DNA of 64,000 nt, from contig NC_091474.1 of NCBI RefSeq assembly GCF_036971445.1, positions 82,584,001 through 82,648,000 on the forward strand. Direction: 5' to 3'. How positions within the stretch are numbered: position 1 is the stretch's first letter; every line of letters begins with the position of its first letter. The notes under the pieces were generated by a model. The model was given only the letters and a program-made list of their open reading frames with translations, ran no database searches and was not told where the DNA came from. The stretch is from Narcine bancroftii (lineage: Eukaryota). Made by a program: the position numbers and the translations under genes. This document shows, in pieces, positions 26,895 through 39,256 of the stretch.

Positions 26895-28539
26895 TCTGGC
26901 TGTAAGAGGCACTGGGCAATTTCTGCTGATGGCAAATATGTCTGCCTTACATAACGATAAAGGATTCTTGATACTTGAATCAACCCCTGGCCCTCTGGAT
27001 TCAGGGCTTGGGACAATTGGTGTTCCAACTATCCAGTGCACAAAGCATTTTACAAAGATGAGGTTTATTTTTGATCAATCAAGACAGAATCATGGAGTCG
27101 CGTGGTATGGAAACAGGCTCCCGTTCACCCCAATCATCCCATTTGAAGTAACCATACATGAATTCGATTTTGTTCACCCCAAACTCCCAACAACTCCGTC
27201 TTTATTAAACCTCTCACATATGCAATTAACCTCACAATCTCGATTTCATGGAGAATGTGGAAGCAAACCGGAGCTGGCAAAGGAAGACCTGTGTGATCAC
27301 AGGGAGATAATGCAAATGACACACAGCTGGGATGCCACCAGAGGTCGGGGTTGAAACCAGGTCACTGGAACTGGGAGTCTTGCCAACATTACACATTGGA
27401 AACACCAAAAAAAAGGGGGTTTTGTTTTTCCCTTTGACAGGTCTCAGTGAAGTTTGGAACAGTGATTTCATTGTTCAGCCATCAAAAGCAGGGTCACAGG
27501 CTGAAGAGCAGCATAATGTCTGAGGGAAGATGGGAGGGAGTTCAACTGCAGGAAAGAACGAGGTAATAAACGACTTCAGTGGAAATCCTGGCACAACCTA
27601 ACAATCAAACTTATCAGTGGGGCGCTCCCCTGCTCCAAACCCACTGCAAGATTTCATCAACTCACTAGTCAACCTCCCAGCAGGGGAATTACCAAGTTCA
27701 GCAACATTTATTTTTGTCTGAGATCATCTGGAAGAAAGTGAGGCCCTGTATCTCTTCCAAGGAGCAGACTGCCTTTCAAATGCAAGGCTCAACAATCCCA
27801 TTGCAGCCTCATGATCAGAATGGCAGCCCCCGGCCTGTTGAACACATCTTGCGTGGCTGACATTCACAGCCACTGAATCAACATTTGCTTGGTAAAAGTA
27901 ATGAAAGGCTTTCACCTCTGTAAAGCCTCACACAATCTCATGGGCATGTTAGAGCCAAACAGTGATGAATGCAACAATGCAGCAGTAGCAAAAATCCTAA
28001 CATAGAGTCCTTTGGCAAGAGCCAACATCACAAAAACATCACAAGATTCAGATTTAATAGAAGACAGAAAAGACTAAAGATACTGGAATCTGGAGCAAGA
28101 AACAACGTGGAGCAGCATCAAGGGGAGAAAAAGAATGGTCGAGTGGATCCTTCATAATGTGTTCCAACATCCACAATACTTCTTCCTCCCACTGACGCTG
28201 CTCGACCCGCTGACTTCCTCCAGCAGATGGATTTCTACTTCAACTTTTGACAAAGATGAATACTGACTGCTGAGCACGTGAATTAAGATAGAGATTTCTG
28301 ATTTTTAGTGGTTTACAACAAAAGGAGTGGTGATGTAGATGTTTAAGGTTTAGGCTTGATTTTAGTGGAGAGATATTAAATCAATCTACCACCTGGAATG
28401 TGTTTCTATCAACTTGACATTCAGATAAAATCATGGGATTTAGCATTTGGCTTTGGAATTGTAGCAGGGATATGAAAGCTTGGATTTAAAAGGAACTCAA
28501 GCCAACAGACAAATGGTTCTTTTTACCCACTGAGAAAGG

Positions 28540-29040
28540 TAAGGTGGAGGTTGGTAAGTTGTTCCTATTGGTCGGGGAGACTAGAACAAGGGGATATAGT
28601 CTCAAGATTCAGGGGAGTAGATTTAGGACAGAGATTTGGAGGAACTGCTTTTCCCACGGAGTGGTGAATCTATGGAATTTGCTGCCCATTGAAGCAGTGG
28701 TGATGACCTCAGTAAATATATTTAATGCAAGGTTGGATAGATTTTTACATAGTCGGGGAATTAATGGATATGGGGAAAAGGCAGGTAGGTGTAGGTGAGC
28801 CTTTCATCAGATCAATCATGATTTCATTGAATAGAGGAGCAGGGTAGAAGGGCCAGATGGCCTACTCCTGCCCCTATTTCTTATGTTCTTGTGATCTCAT
28901 TGAAACATTTTGAATGTTCAAAGACATGGACAGAGTCGATGTTGAAAGGTCGTTTCCCACAGTGGGAGAGTCTAGAGCAAGAGGACTGAAGGGTGTCCGC
29001 TTAAGGCAGAGTGTGGAGGAATTTCCTTAGCCAGAGGGCT
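28540..29040 (+). mobile_element. CR1-like 3' fragments
   Basis: LFLLVGETRTRGYSLKIQGSRFRTEIWRNCFSHGVVNLWN plus a 3' tail, then a second fragment. Confidence 0.8.
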
Positions 29041-30337
29041 GAATATGGCTTTTGAACAATCTTGAGAAGCAGTTGAGGACATGTAGCTGTAAGTAAGTAA
29101 GTTGTTCAAACAGGAAGGGAGCGAGTTCTTTAAAACTGCAGGAATAAATGATGTTTATCTAGTTTTGGATGAACTGAGTGTTGACTAAAGTGAGGAAATA
29201 TTTTTGACCAGTGTTAATCAGTATGAAGCAGTCGATAGGGGACAATTATATTCCCATCCCTGTGAGTTCACTCATCTCAGCCAGGGGAAAAGTTACATTA
29301 ACCCAGATTTAATCTGCCAACACTTCCTTAATTTATTCCCTATATTCTGCCTATATCAGCGGCCAGTTACTCTACTATCCTCGTGTTTGGGGAAACTGGA
29401 GCACCAAGGGGAAATCCCTGTAATCACAGGGAGATTGTGTAAAGTCCACAACATTGGAGGTTGGAATTGAACCTGGAACAGTGGATCAGTGAGGTGGCAG
29501 CTCTTTTCCGTTGCGTCCGACATTGAATACACACATTTTAGTTTTAAAAGGGCACAGGATTTCTTCCTGCACCCCCTCCACCCCAGTTGTTGCTATGGAG
29601 ACAGTTGGTTACTCTAGCACATTTCCAGGGACTTGGCAACACCTCCCCTCAGTTGATCCCACCAACACTTGCTCAGGCCAAAGCTGCAGTTTTGGAATAT
29701 TCCACCCCACAGGTTTCAAGGAGGGAATCCAACTCCTTTAAAGCAGCTGGAGGACAGAGGAAATTTCCACAAACGGTTGCCCCAGGCAGAAGAAAAATCA
29801 GAAAGAAAGTTCATCAAAACCAGAGCTGAGCCTGAGTAGGCCAGTATTGATTGAGAGTTGCAAGGCTGCTGGCACAGAGTACCCACCCACCCCCTTTCCT
29901 GCCAGCTCCAGCCCAATAACATACAGCTCTGCCTGACTAAAGAGGAAAAGCGAGAGGGAGCATTCAGCAGCTTGTCATGAGCTTAAGGTAAAGGCACTCT
30001 TCTATCAACCTGGGTCAGAGTTTGGGGGACTGGGTCAGTCAGGAGAAAGTGACTCTCTGTTTTATACACAATGCCACGCCTGGATATTTTGTGGAATATT
30101 CCGTTCACTGGCAGGATGCACTTTTAATCCTGCAGGATCAAAATTATAAACCTTGCCGATGTTGTGTTGACTGACTGTGATGCTGGTAAATTATAACCGG
30201 CTGCTCTCATCAGTCCCTTGACTTTGCTGTCTGTCCTAAAGGCTAGGAGGGGAAAGGGATGGGGTAGGAAAACTGACAGGAGGTCAAACTGAAGGGAAGG
30301 TTTAAGGTGTACTGGAAACAGGAAAGAGGAAGAGATG

Positions 30338-30560
30338 GGTGGTATGGCTGGTGTAGTGGTTAGCGCAACGCCTTTACAGAGCCAGTGACCAAGACCGGAC
30401 ATGGGATCGAATCCCATGCTGTCTTTAAGGAGTTTGTACTTTCTCCCTTTGTCAGCATGGGTTTTCTCTGGGAGCCCACCATTCAAAATTGTATCAGGGG
30501 TGTTGGTTAATGGGGTGCAAATTGAGTGGCAAGGACTCAATGGGCCAACGGTATATTTAA
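30338..30560 (+). mobile_element. tRNA-derived SINE
   Basis: A-box-like TGGTGTAGTGG and B-box-like GGATCGAATCC, with the core shared by many copies in the window. Confidence 0.7.
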
Positions 30561-32085
30561 AAAAAAATATTTTTAAAAAAGTTCCATTTGTATAGCACCA
30601 GTCACCACACCAGCATTCCACAAGTGCTTTGAAGTATTTCGACCTGCCGTCACCATTACATGGTGGCAACTCATTATTGCAGACCAAGGTCCTGTAACCT
30701 GAATTGTTAGAATTAACAGATAATTTTGTTTTGCTGATGCTATTTGAGGGATCCGTATTTGATGGGATACTGGTGCAAGGCTGTCTGAACTTCTTTAAAA
30801 CCATAGGACCTTTTTCATTCACCCAAGTGCAGACAGGGCAGCAGTTTAACTAACATCTTATCAAAAAAGATAGATGCTCTAAACAGCACTGTAGTATTAG
30901 CCTCTGGACTCCTGAGTGCAAAGATCTTCAGCTGTTTCCAGTCGAAGTTACAATGGGAGACCAGAGAACTCCCAAAGGGTTCCACAGCCATAATTGGTGG
31001 CATCAAATGCAAAGACAAAGATCATGACAGAACCAAACTGATGGGACTGGTTCAGTCATGGATCATTTCAGATATTCTCCTACTTCAGATCGAAGTCTGG
31101 TAGCATTCAATAGATCAGAATAAAACCTGTCCCTGATCATGAACAGTAAAAGTTTTCTAACAATTTAGAGCTTGTAAAATTCCTTCCCAACAATCCATGA
31201 ATCATACCTGCCTCTTGACTCCAAATGGGGTTGTTGGATGCCTGCAGACTCGGTCTGTTGCTTATAGATGGTTTCTGTGAATTCCATCGGTGACATTCCA
31301 AATATTAACCATTGCAGGTCACAGCGCAAAGTCCACCCATTCAGCTGAGAGGGCCTGGTGCTCATCTGGCAATTAGGCTGAGGGGGAGGGATGGCTTGGG
31401 GAAAGGAAGTTGGGTTTGAACCCTGTGGGCATCAATGGGGAAAAAAAGGAAAAACTGCATATATTGGACCTTCCTGAGTAGAAAGGGCTGTGTTGGAGGA
31501 TACTCAACCAGGCCAACTGATATCGGTCCTAATGTGAGTGCAATTATGACTGATATGGTTTGGAAATTACATGAAAGACAAAGAGCAGAAGGGGCATAAT
31601 GATCTTCCATTCAGAGGATACTTATTGGGCCTTGAATATCAATTACACTGAGGAGAGCAGCACGTGAAGTTTGCACTATCATTTTGGGCAATCCTCACCA
31701 GTTACACTGCAGTGGTTAATTCCAGTGACTTCTTGCCGTACAAGGTGCTAGAATGTGAAGTAATGCTGTTGAATACTGCCCATCAAGCAGTGCAATGTGT
31801 TCACCTCACAGAAGTGAAACACGAAAGTCCGCAGATGTTTAGCACGTGCTAAACTATCTAAAATTAATGTATCAGGTCAGGGTTGCTTTCATCAGGAAAC
31901 GTCAGGTGGTTATTGCATGCCAGAACCAGACTGCAGAGCAAAAGTTCTGGGGAGAAGAGAAAGAGGAAATAAGAGTGAGTGTGGAAAATGATGGGCAGCA
32001 AACACAGGCTTGCACAAGGTCCATGCTTGAAAGAAGGAGTGGAGCAAATTAGAGCCCAAAAAGGAATCTTACTGATGAAGCCAGA

Positions 32086-33036
32086 GTGTCCTGTGCATAC
32101 AAGTCCAAATCAAGAATATATCTTAAGAAAGTAGTCAACGATTGACCAATCCCAATGGAATTCCACTATTAGTTTCCCTCCAATCCACAAAACAACTTTT
32201 CTTCACTATTCTCTATCCTGTCAGTTTGAGATCAGAGGAACTTGATGGGGTTTTACTGAAACTGGAAAAGGCTAAAACAGATCAACATCCAGCTTCAGAT
32301 GGGATGCATTCTGCAGAGGCCTTGGCCAAAATTGGTAAATCGGTGGAATTTATTGTTATAGGTGGTTGTGGAGGCCAGGGCATTAAGAGAGGTTCTTGAT
32401 GAGCCGGGACATCAAAGGTTATTGGGAGAAGGCCGGGCAATGGGGCTGAGTGGAAAAATGGATCAGCTCATGGTTGAATGGTGGGATAGACTTGATGGGT
32501 CGAATAGCCTATTTATGCTCCTATGCCTTGCACTCTTATAATCTTTCAAACATGAAAAGGTGAGGAACACTATCTAATATCAAGAAGTAAAATGCGATTG
32601 AGTGAAGTAAGTAAAAACACAGAAATGCTGGAGGACCTCAGCAGGTCTTGCAGCGTCCATTGGAGGTAAAGAGCTATTACCGATATTACCTGCTGAGGTC
32701 CTCCAACCTTGCTGTGTTTTTATAACAATTATTATACTAATTTCAAAAAAGCACATTTGAATAAAGACAACAACTTCAAAGCCTTTCCCTTAAAACTTCG
32801 TGGTGGGGAAAGAACAGGAGTTACAGGACAACTGGAGATTGCAGTGAAAGCAAGCATCAAGACTGACCACAGAATAAAAGCTGATAGCATGGCAAACTGA
32901 CAGGATAGAGAATAGTGAAGAAAAGTTGTTTTGTGGATTGGAGGGAAACTAATAGTGGAATTCCATTGGGATTGATCAAACGTTGACTACTTTCTTAAGA
33001 TATATTTTTTTATTTGGACTTGTATGCACAGGACAC
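32086..33036. repeat. Inverted duplication, arms 32086-32228 and 32893-33036
   Basis: About 143-bp arms are reverse complements with only a few mismatches; spacer 664 bp. Confidence 0.92.
32612..32722. repeat. Short palindromic (hairpin) element
   Basis: TAAAAACACAG..ATG.TGGAGGACCTCAGCAGGT ... ACCTGCTGAGGTCCTCCA...CTGTGTTTTTA. Half and full relatives occur throughout the window. Confidence 0.7.
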
Positions 33037-34369
33037 AAGTTCCAAATTTGTAAACTTGGAGGTGCACCAAACTGGGCGTGAGTAGTGACAGACTGGTGAA
33101 ATGTGGGTTGTTGGAATGTGAAGTGCTGCATGTGGTGAGAAGACTGAGAAAAGGCAATTTAAGCTAAAAAGCACCATTGTGGAACTTGTACGGAACAGTG
33201 AGTAAAAATGCAAAGCTGGAGAAACTCAGCAGATCAAACTGTACTTTATATAGCAAAGATAAGCCATAAAGCTTGAGTGTAGCAGGGATTACAGATGGGG
33301 AGCAGAGAGAGAGATTCCCACAGATGTACTGAACAGAGAGATCTGTGGCATAGATGTGTAGTTGTAAATGGCAGGACAGAGCAGGGAAACAAAGATCGTG
33401 GTCTTTCCAAATAGAAGGGAAGGAGCAATGAAGTCAAGATGAATCATTGGAAAGCACTGGTTTGGTCACAACAGTAGAAACAGAAGCTCTACAGAAACTG
33501 GAGGGATTAAGCAAATCAGGCAGCATCTGCTGATAGAAACGGTCAGTCAATGGTTCACATCAGGATCCTTTGGCAACACGTTGAGTGACCTTTCCCTCTG
33601 TGGATGTTGCCTGATCCACTGAGTCCCTCCAGATTCACTTGGGAATAATTGTATCCTATTCGCTCTGGAGAAATGAAGCAGAAGTTGTGGAGAGGGTGGA
33701 GAAGAGATTTACAATGAGGGATTTTAGTCATGTGGACAGAGGGGAGAAGCTGGGATTGTTTTACGAGAAAAATGGATGGCTGCGGGGAGATCAGAAGGAG
33801 AATTTTTAAATCATGAAGGGTATTGGCAGAGGAAATCTATTCCCATCAATGGAAGGGGCAAGGAGCAGAGGGCACAGAATGTGATTGGCATGAAAATAAA
33901 CTACTTCAGACTGGGGGGGGGGTTCACCCCTGGAATGTAATGTCAGGGATGATTCTGGAGTCAACTTCAAGTGTGGTGTGCAAAAGGGAGCTGGATGACA
34001 TCTGAAGGGTAAGAATTTACAGGGCCATTGGGGGATGGGGTGGGGGTGGGGGGGGGGTGGGAGAAAGATCTGGTGAATTCATCTTACATAGAGCCAGTAC
34101 AAAGTTGAGGGGTAAATGGTCTCCTTTCCTGCTGTAGCCACTCTGCCATTGTTAATTCCTTTCACTGTGATCGCTGTGTGCACCATCTCCAAGGGGCACT
34201 GCTGTTCCTCACTTTGAGAGATGCTCCACAAACCCATTGCCTCCATCACCAATGACAGGATGGCAGGAGTCACAGGAAGAGCTCACCGGTAGGTTGCCTG
34301 AGAGTTATCTGCCACTCCTCATCATTCTAAACGAAATCCTGAAATTCTTTTCAACAGCATTGAGGAAGA

Positions 34370-34848
34370 CTAGGTTTCAGGTTTATTGTCAGACTACAGA
34401 CATGACATCACATACAACCCTGAGATTCTTTTTCCAGTGGCCCAGGTAGAATTACCGTAGTGCAAAAACGGAACTCAACGTACACATAAACAAATAAAGA
34501 AATGTAAACAAACTGATTGTGCGATACAGAGAGAAAAAAATGGGTCCCTGATTGAGTTTGTTCTGGAGGAGTCTGATGGTGGAGGGGGAGCAGGTGTTCC
34601 TGAACCTGGTGGTGCGAACGTATACCTCTTTCCTGATGGTAGTAGTGAGAATATTGTGCGTGCTGGATGGTGAGGGTCTGAGATGATTGTTGCTGCTCTC
34701 TGACAGCAGCGTTCCCTGTAGATGTTCTTGATGGTGGGGAGGGTTTTGACTGTGATATCCAGGGCTGTGTCCACTACCTTTTGCAGGGTTTTATGCTCAG
34801 GGGTTCTGGTGCCCCCATAACCAGACTGTGATGCAGCCGGTCAGCACG
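34370..34848 (-). mobile_element. Rex1/Babar-type LINE 3' fragment
   Basis: DTALDITVKTLPTIKNIYRERCCQRAATIISDPHHPARTIFSLLPSGKRY. Confidence 0.75.
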
Positions 34849-35659
34849 TGATAGTGATTCAAGAGAGCTAATCACTGCCTCTTTCAAGGGTAATTTGGAA
34901 GAAACAATAAATGACTGCCTTGCAAGCAACTCTAACAACCTGCAAATAAATCAAAACTTACTCAAAAACTCTAAGGAAGCATTTGACAGGGAAAACCCTG
35001 GGAAAATCCAATGTAAAAAGCACAGTGAAGCACTGTTAGACCACACAAGACAACCACCTATGAAATAAATGGGAAAAATTCAAGCATTTCACAAGAAAAA
35101 CATTTCCCTCCACAAAAACCACACGTCCGGACGGACCCAGTCATCATTGCAGGTCAATGCCTGGTTGAGTGACAGCAAAGTCAGTTTGTACTAAACCTGA
35201 AAGGTCACGCCAGGTTTACGATAAATAGCAATACGGGGTACATAACAAGACTTTAGATTAATTGAATGTAGCTCCCTCTCCGGAGACCCAAAAACTAGAA
35301 GGAATCTTTTCATAAAACCCAGTCAGAAATAAAGAGTCTGAATAAAAGGCTTTCAACGTTGCATCGTTTTGTGGGCGGCACTGACTGGACAGTGGAAAAT
35401 CTTTGTGGCTGGAAAATATAACGTTCCATGCAACAAAAAGATCAGTGTTCTTGTAAAGTACTTTGTAAATGCCATACTGTAAACACTCTGGTCTTGATCT
35501 TCATTCCTGCAGCAGCTGGACAGCATCACATTTCACATGCAGCATGGAAACAGGCCATTCAGCCCATCAGATCTATGCAGCTAATGGGCCCTGATCCCAC
35601 CTTTCAGTACTTGGAGCATAGGCTTCCATGCATAGGCAATTCAACTGCTCATCTGGAGT

Positions 35660-36570
35660 GAAACACAAAAGTCTGCAGGCGTGATTGTAGTAAAAACACA
35701 CAGAAATGATGGAAGAATCCAGCTGGTCTTGCAGCAACCATAGGAGATATATCACTGACGTTTCAGGCCTGAGCCCTTTTTCAAAGAATAAGCAGAGGAC
35801 AGGAGGGCTCAGAATAAAGACAAAGCAGGCTGGGAGAGGACTCCATTCCAAAAAACGGTGTTACTGTGAAAGAAGACAGAGGGAAAGGGAAAAGAGATAA
35901 AGATAGAGCTGGGGAAAGGTGTCAGAGGGAAGATAAAGAAGGGGTTGGGTTGAATGAAAGTCAGAGAAGCCTATGTTAATGCTCTCTGATTGGAGAGTGC
36001 CCAGATGGAAGACGAGGTATTGTTCCTCCAATCTGCAGATGGTCTCAGTCTGGCAGTGCATGGGACCATGGACAGACATGTCAGCAAGGGAATGGAATGA
36101 ATAATTAAAATGGGTGACCTCTGGGAGATCCACACTATTTCAGTGAACAGAGCCAAGGAGCTCAACAAAGTGATCTCCAAGACAACGCCCAGTCTCTCCG
36201 ACATAGAGGAGACCATAAAGAGAGCATCAGATGCAGTGGACGAACTCTTGTAAATTCACGTGATGTGTTGCCTCCTCAGAAGGACTGTTTGGGGCCCCGA
36301 ATATGGTGAGGGAGGATGTCTGGGCACAAGTGGAAACTACTGCGGTCACAGGGGTAGGTGCCAAGGTGGGGAAGGAGAAGTTAGGAAGAGAGTCACTGAG
36401 GGAGCTGTCCCTGTGGAAGGTGGAGAGGGGAATATGTGTCTGATGGTGGAATTACGGGGTAGGTGGAGGATGATATGTTGGGCATGGAGGCTGGTTGGGT
36501 TGTAGGGATGACAAGCGGAATCCTGTCTTTATTGCACGTCGCGGCAGAAGGGGGTGAGGACAAATGTGTG
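35660..36570 (-). mobile_element. Penelope-like relic (related pieces at about 5980-6405 and 44985-45450)
   Basis: CRLEEQYLVFHLGTLQSESINIGFSDF and NKDRIPLV resemble the Penelope GIY-YIG region. The partial palindromic end is shared with many short copies. Confidence 0.55.
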
Positions 36571-37091
36571 GGTAGATGCAACTGATTATCTGTACACACT
36601 TTTTCAATGCTATCATCAACTCTTGCTTCCACCACCTTCTCAAGTGCTGTTTGACAACAGAGAAAGAGGCCATTCAGCTCACTGTCTATGCTGGCTCAGC
36701 AATCCCATCCATCCCATTCTCCCATTATTTCCTTGTAACCTGTTCTCTCTCACAGGCCCATTAACTTTATTCTTATTATCCTTCCACCCACCTTCACTGG
36801 GGGTAATTTGCAGTGGCCATTAACAGCACGATGCTCTTGAACTTGACTTTCCACAATTTGTGGGGAAATGCAGGTTATTGATTTATTTTCCAGACAAACA
36901 TTGAAATGGCAGAGCAGACAAGACAGAATGGCACCATGTGGATGTGCACAGGAAATCTAAATTTATCATATACTGCTCCTGCCAATCTGAATCTGACATC
37001 AACCCCAAACAGGCCCAGAAACAAAGTTTCAAAGAAAAAAATTAGTTTTCTTTTTTAATAAATTTAGAAATACAGCATGGTAACATGATTC

Positions 37092-39256
37092 TAAAGATGA
37101 TTCTTCAGTGCTATCTCAGAACTTTTGAATTATGAATGGTGCAGGACAAAGCCAAAATGTATGTGCAATATCGTGAAATGTCAATATCTCTGGGTCAGAG
37201 TGATGGAACACCCCAAGTTGTTTTGTTAAATACTATTTTTTCCCTTCCTGCCCACAAGCCTGTACTTCCCAATTACTCCAGTTAACTTACAATGTCCGCA
37301 TGTTTTGAAAGGTGGGAGAAAACCAGAGCACTGGGAGGGAAGGACGTACAAGGTCCTTCCAGACAGTGCCGGATTTGAACCTGAGTTACTGGCGCTGTAA
37401 TGGCATTCTGCTAATCGCTACACTAACTGTGTCACCTCGACTTTTGGCAAAAATTCCCTCCTCAAAATCTCCAATTCTGCAGCTGTTGAGTTTGATCATC
37501 TGTAATTTGTGCTGTTTGCTTAATATGAATGAATATTATATCAGGAAGAGAGAAATGGTGACATGTAAAATAAATTGAAGGCAATGCTTTAGAATGGGAA
37601 GCTTCAGTAAGGTCATAGAGCATGGAGAGGCCCTTTGGCCAACCAAGTCCACGATGACCATCAAACACCTATCACCAGTTAACCAGCCCTCCGTGCCGCA
37701 GCAATTGTGCCATGGTGAGAACCCCTACCTTCACCACATTCTCAGACCTCCCAAAGGATCTGGGCAGAATATACTGTCCAACAGCCTCATTTCATTTCAC
37801 CCTGTTGTTTCTTCACGGCTCAACTGTCCAGTGTGATTCTCCTTTCCTTGGCTCTATCTTCCAGCTGAGTGTGGGTTCTTGTGGACAGCTGTTCAAGCCT
37901 GCCGATCAGACGAAGCCAACTCTGTTGCACGCGCAGAGATTAGAGCTGATCCTTCAATGCTCAGTAGCCCTTGAACCAAAACTGAGACCCGACTGCTCAG
38001 CACCTTTAATTACTTCCCTGCATGTTCTGATGAGTAGAAATTGATGTCACGTAGAGCTGCACTGAAGTCCTGTTTATTAACTTTGAGAGATCAAAATGCA
38101 GCAAAACCCTTGTTGTCTGGAATTTAAATTACCAATAACTTCAAGCAACCAGCAAAAAAAATGGTCTGAAAATATGGTAAAAGATACGGAAGTTTAAAAT
38201 TGGTACACCTCACCGTTAGTTCGCCAATCATATTGCACGCAAACTCAAGCAACCGGAAAATTCACTTATCCGGCATCTTCCAATTCTCATAAGTGCCGGA
38301 TACCCAGGGTTCTGGTGTATCTTCAATTTTCCTGTTTGGTTGAAGTTGATTGGGTGGAGATTCTTGTGGAGTATTAACTAGTCAAGAACAGAAGGACCAA
38401 ATGTTGCAAATTGTGCACATACTTTGAGGGTAGTTTTGACTTGGAACATTCTGTAAAATATTCAATCAGAAAGTTAGACTTTCATTCCCCAATGCAATTA
38501 AACATTGGAAAATTGTATTTAATAGGAACCTAATGGAAGGACAGGAACAAAAATAACAGCAAGAATAGGCCACATTCCTCTGAAACCTGCTCCTCCACTC
38601 AATACAGTCCTCGCTGATCGACTCATTGGTCACAACTCCCTCTTTATCCTGTCACTCTTTAAAGCTCCAAGATGTGCCTGAGTCTTGAATATATTGGATA
38701 CCAGTTCTCTGGACAAGAGAATTATGAGATTCATTACCTTGTAAAGGACTCCTTACCTCAGTTTTAAAAGGATTGTCCCATTATCCTGAGACAATGTCGT
38801 CAATTTTTAGATTCCTTTACCAGTGGGAAACATTCTCTCACCATTTATTCTATCAATCAATGAGAGCACCGATGATGAGATTGGTAGCAGAAAGGTCAAA
38901 AAATTAAATGGCTTCTTTCTCCCAAGTCTGAATGAAGTTGAGTCTCTTTTCAAATGAAGGATCTCCAATTATCCTAGAAGTTGCATCAAATGGATATTGA
39001 GCTTGTAGAAATGGTAAAGAACATTAAACTTTGGACAAGAGAAATAAGTTAAGAAAATGAGAGAAAAAAAACCTTTCATCTTGTAAGAATGGTCATATTG
39101 GGATAAAGATGATTCTTCAGTGCTATCTCAGAACTTTTGAATTATGAATGGTGCAGGACAAAGCCAAAATGTATGTGCAATATCGTGAAATGTCAATATC
39201 TCTGGGTCAGAGTGATGGAACACCCCAAGTTGTTTTGTTAAATACTATTTTTTCCC
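37092..39256 (+). repeat. Direct duplication, 37092-37244 and 39104-39256
   Basis: 153 bp, identical by eye. Confidence 0.93.

Larger units (their letters stand above)
25804..28460 (+). repeat. Direct duplication, 25804-26136 and 28139-28460
   Basis: About 330 bp nearly identical, with a handful of substitutions and one 11-bp indel. Confidence 0.92.

Noticed and set aside
30124-30822. 232-aa minus-strand ORF
   Set aside because: It runs through a SINE and older repeat sequence, with no recognisable domain or splice support.
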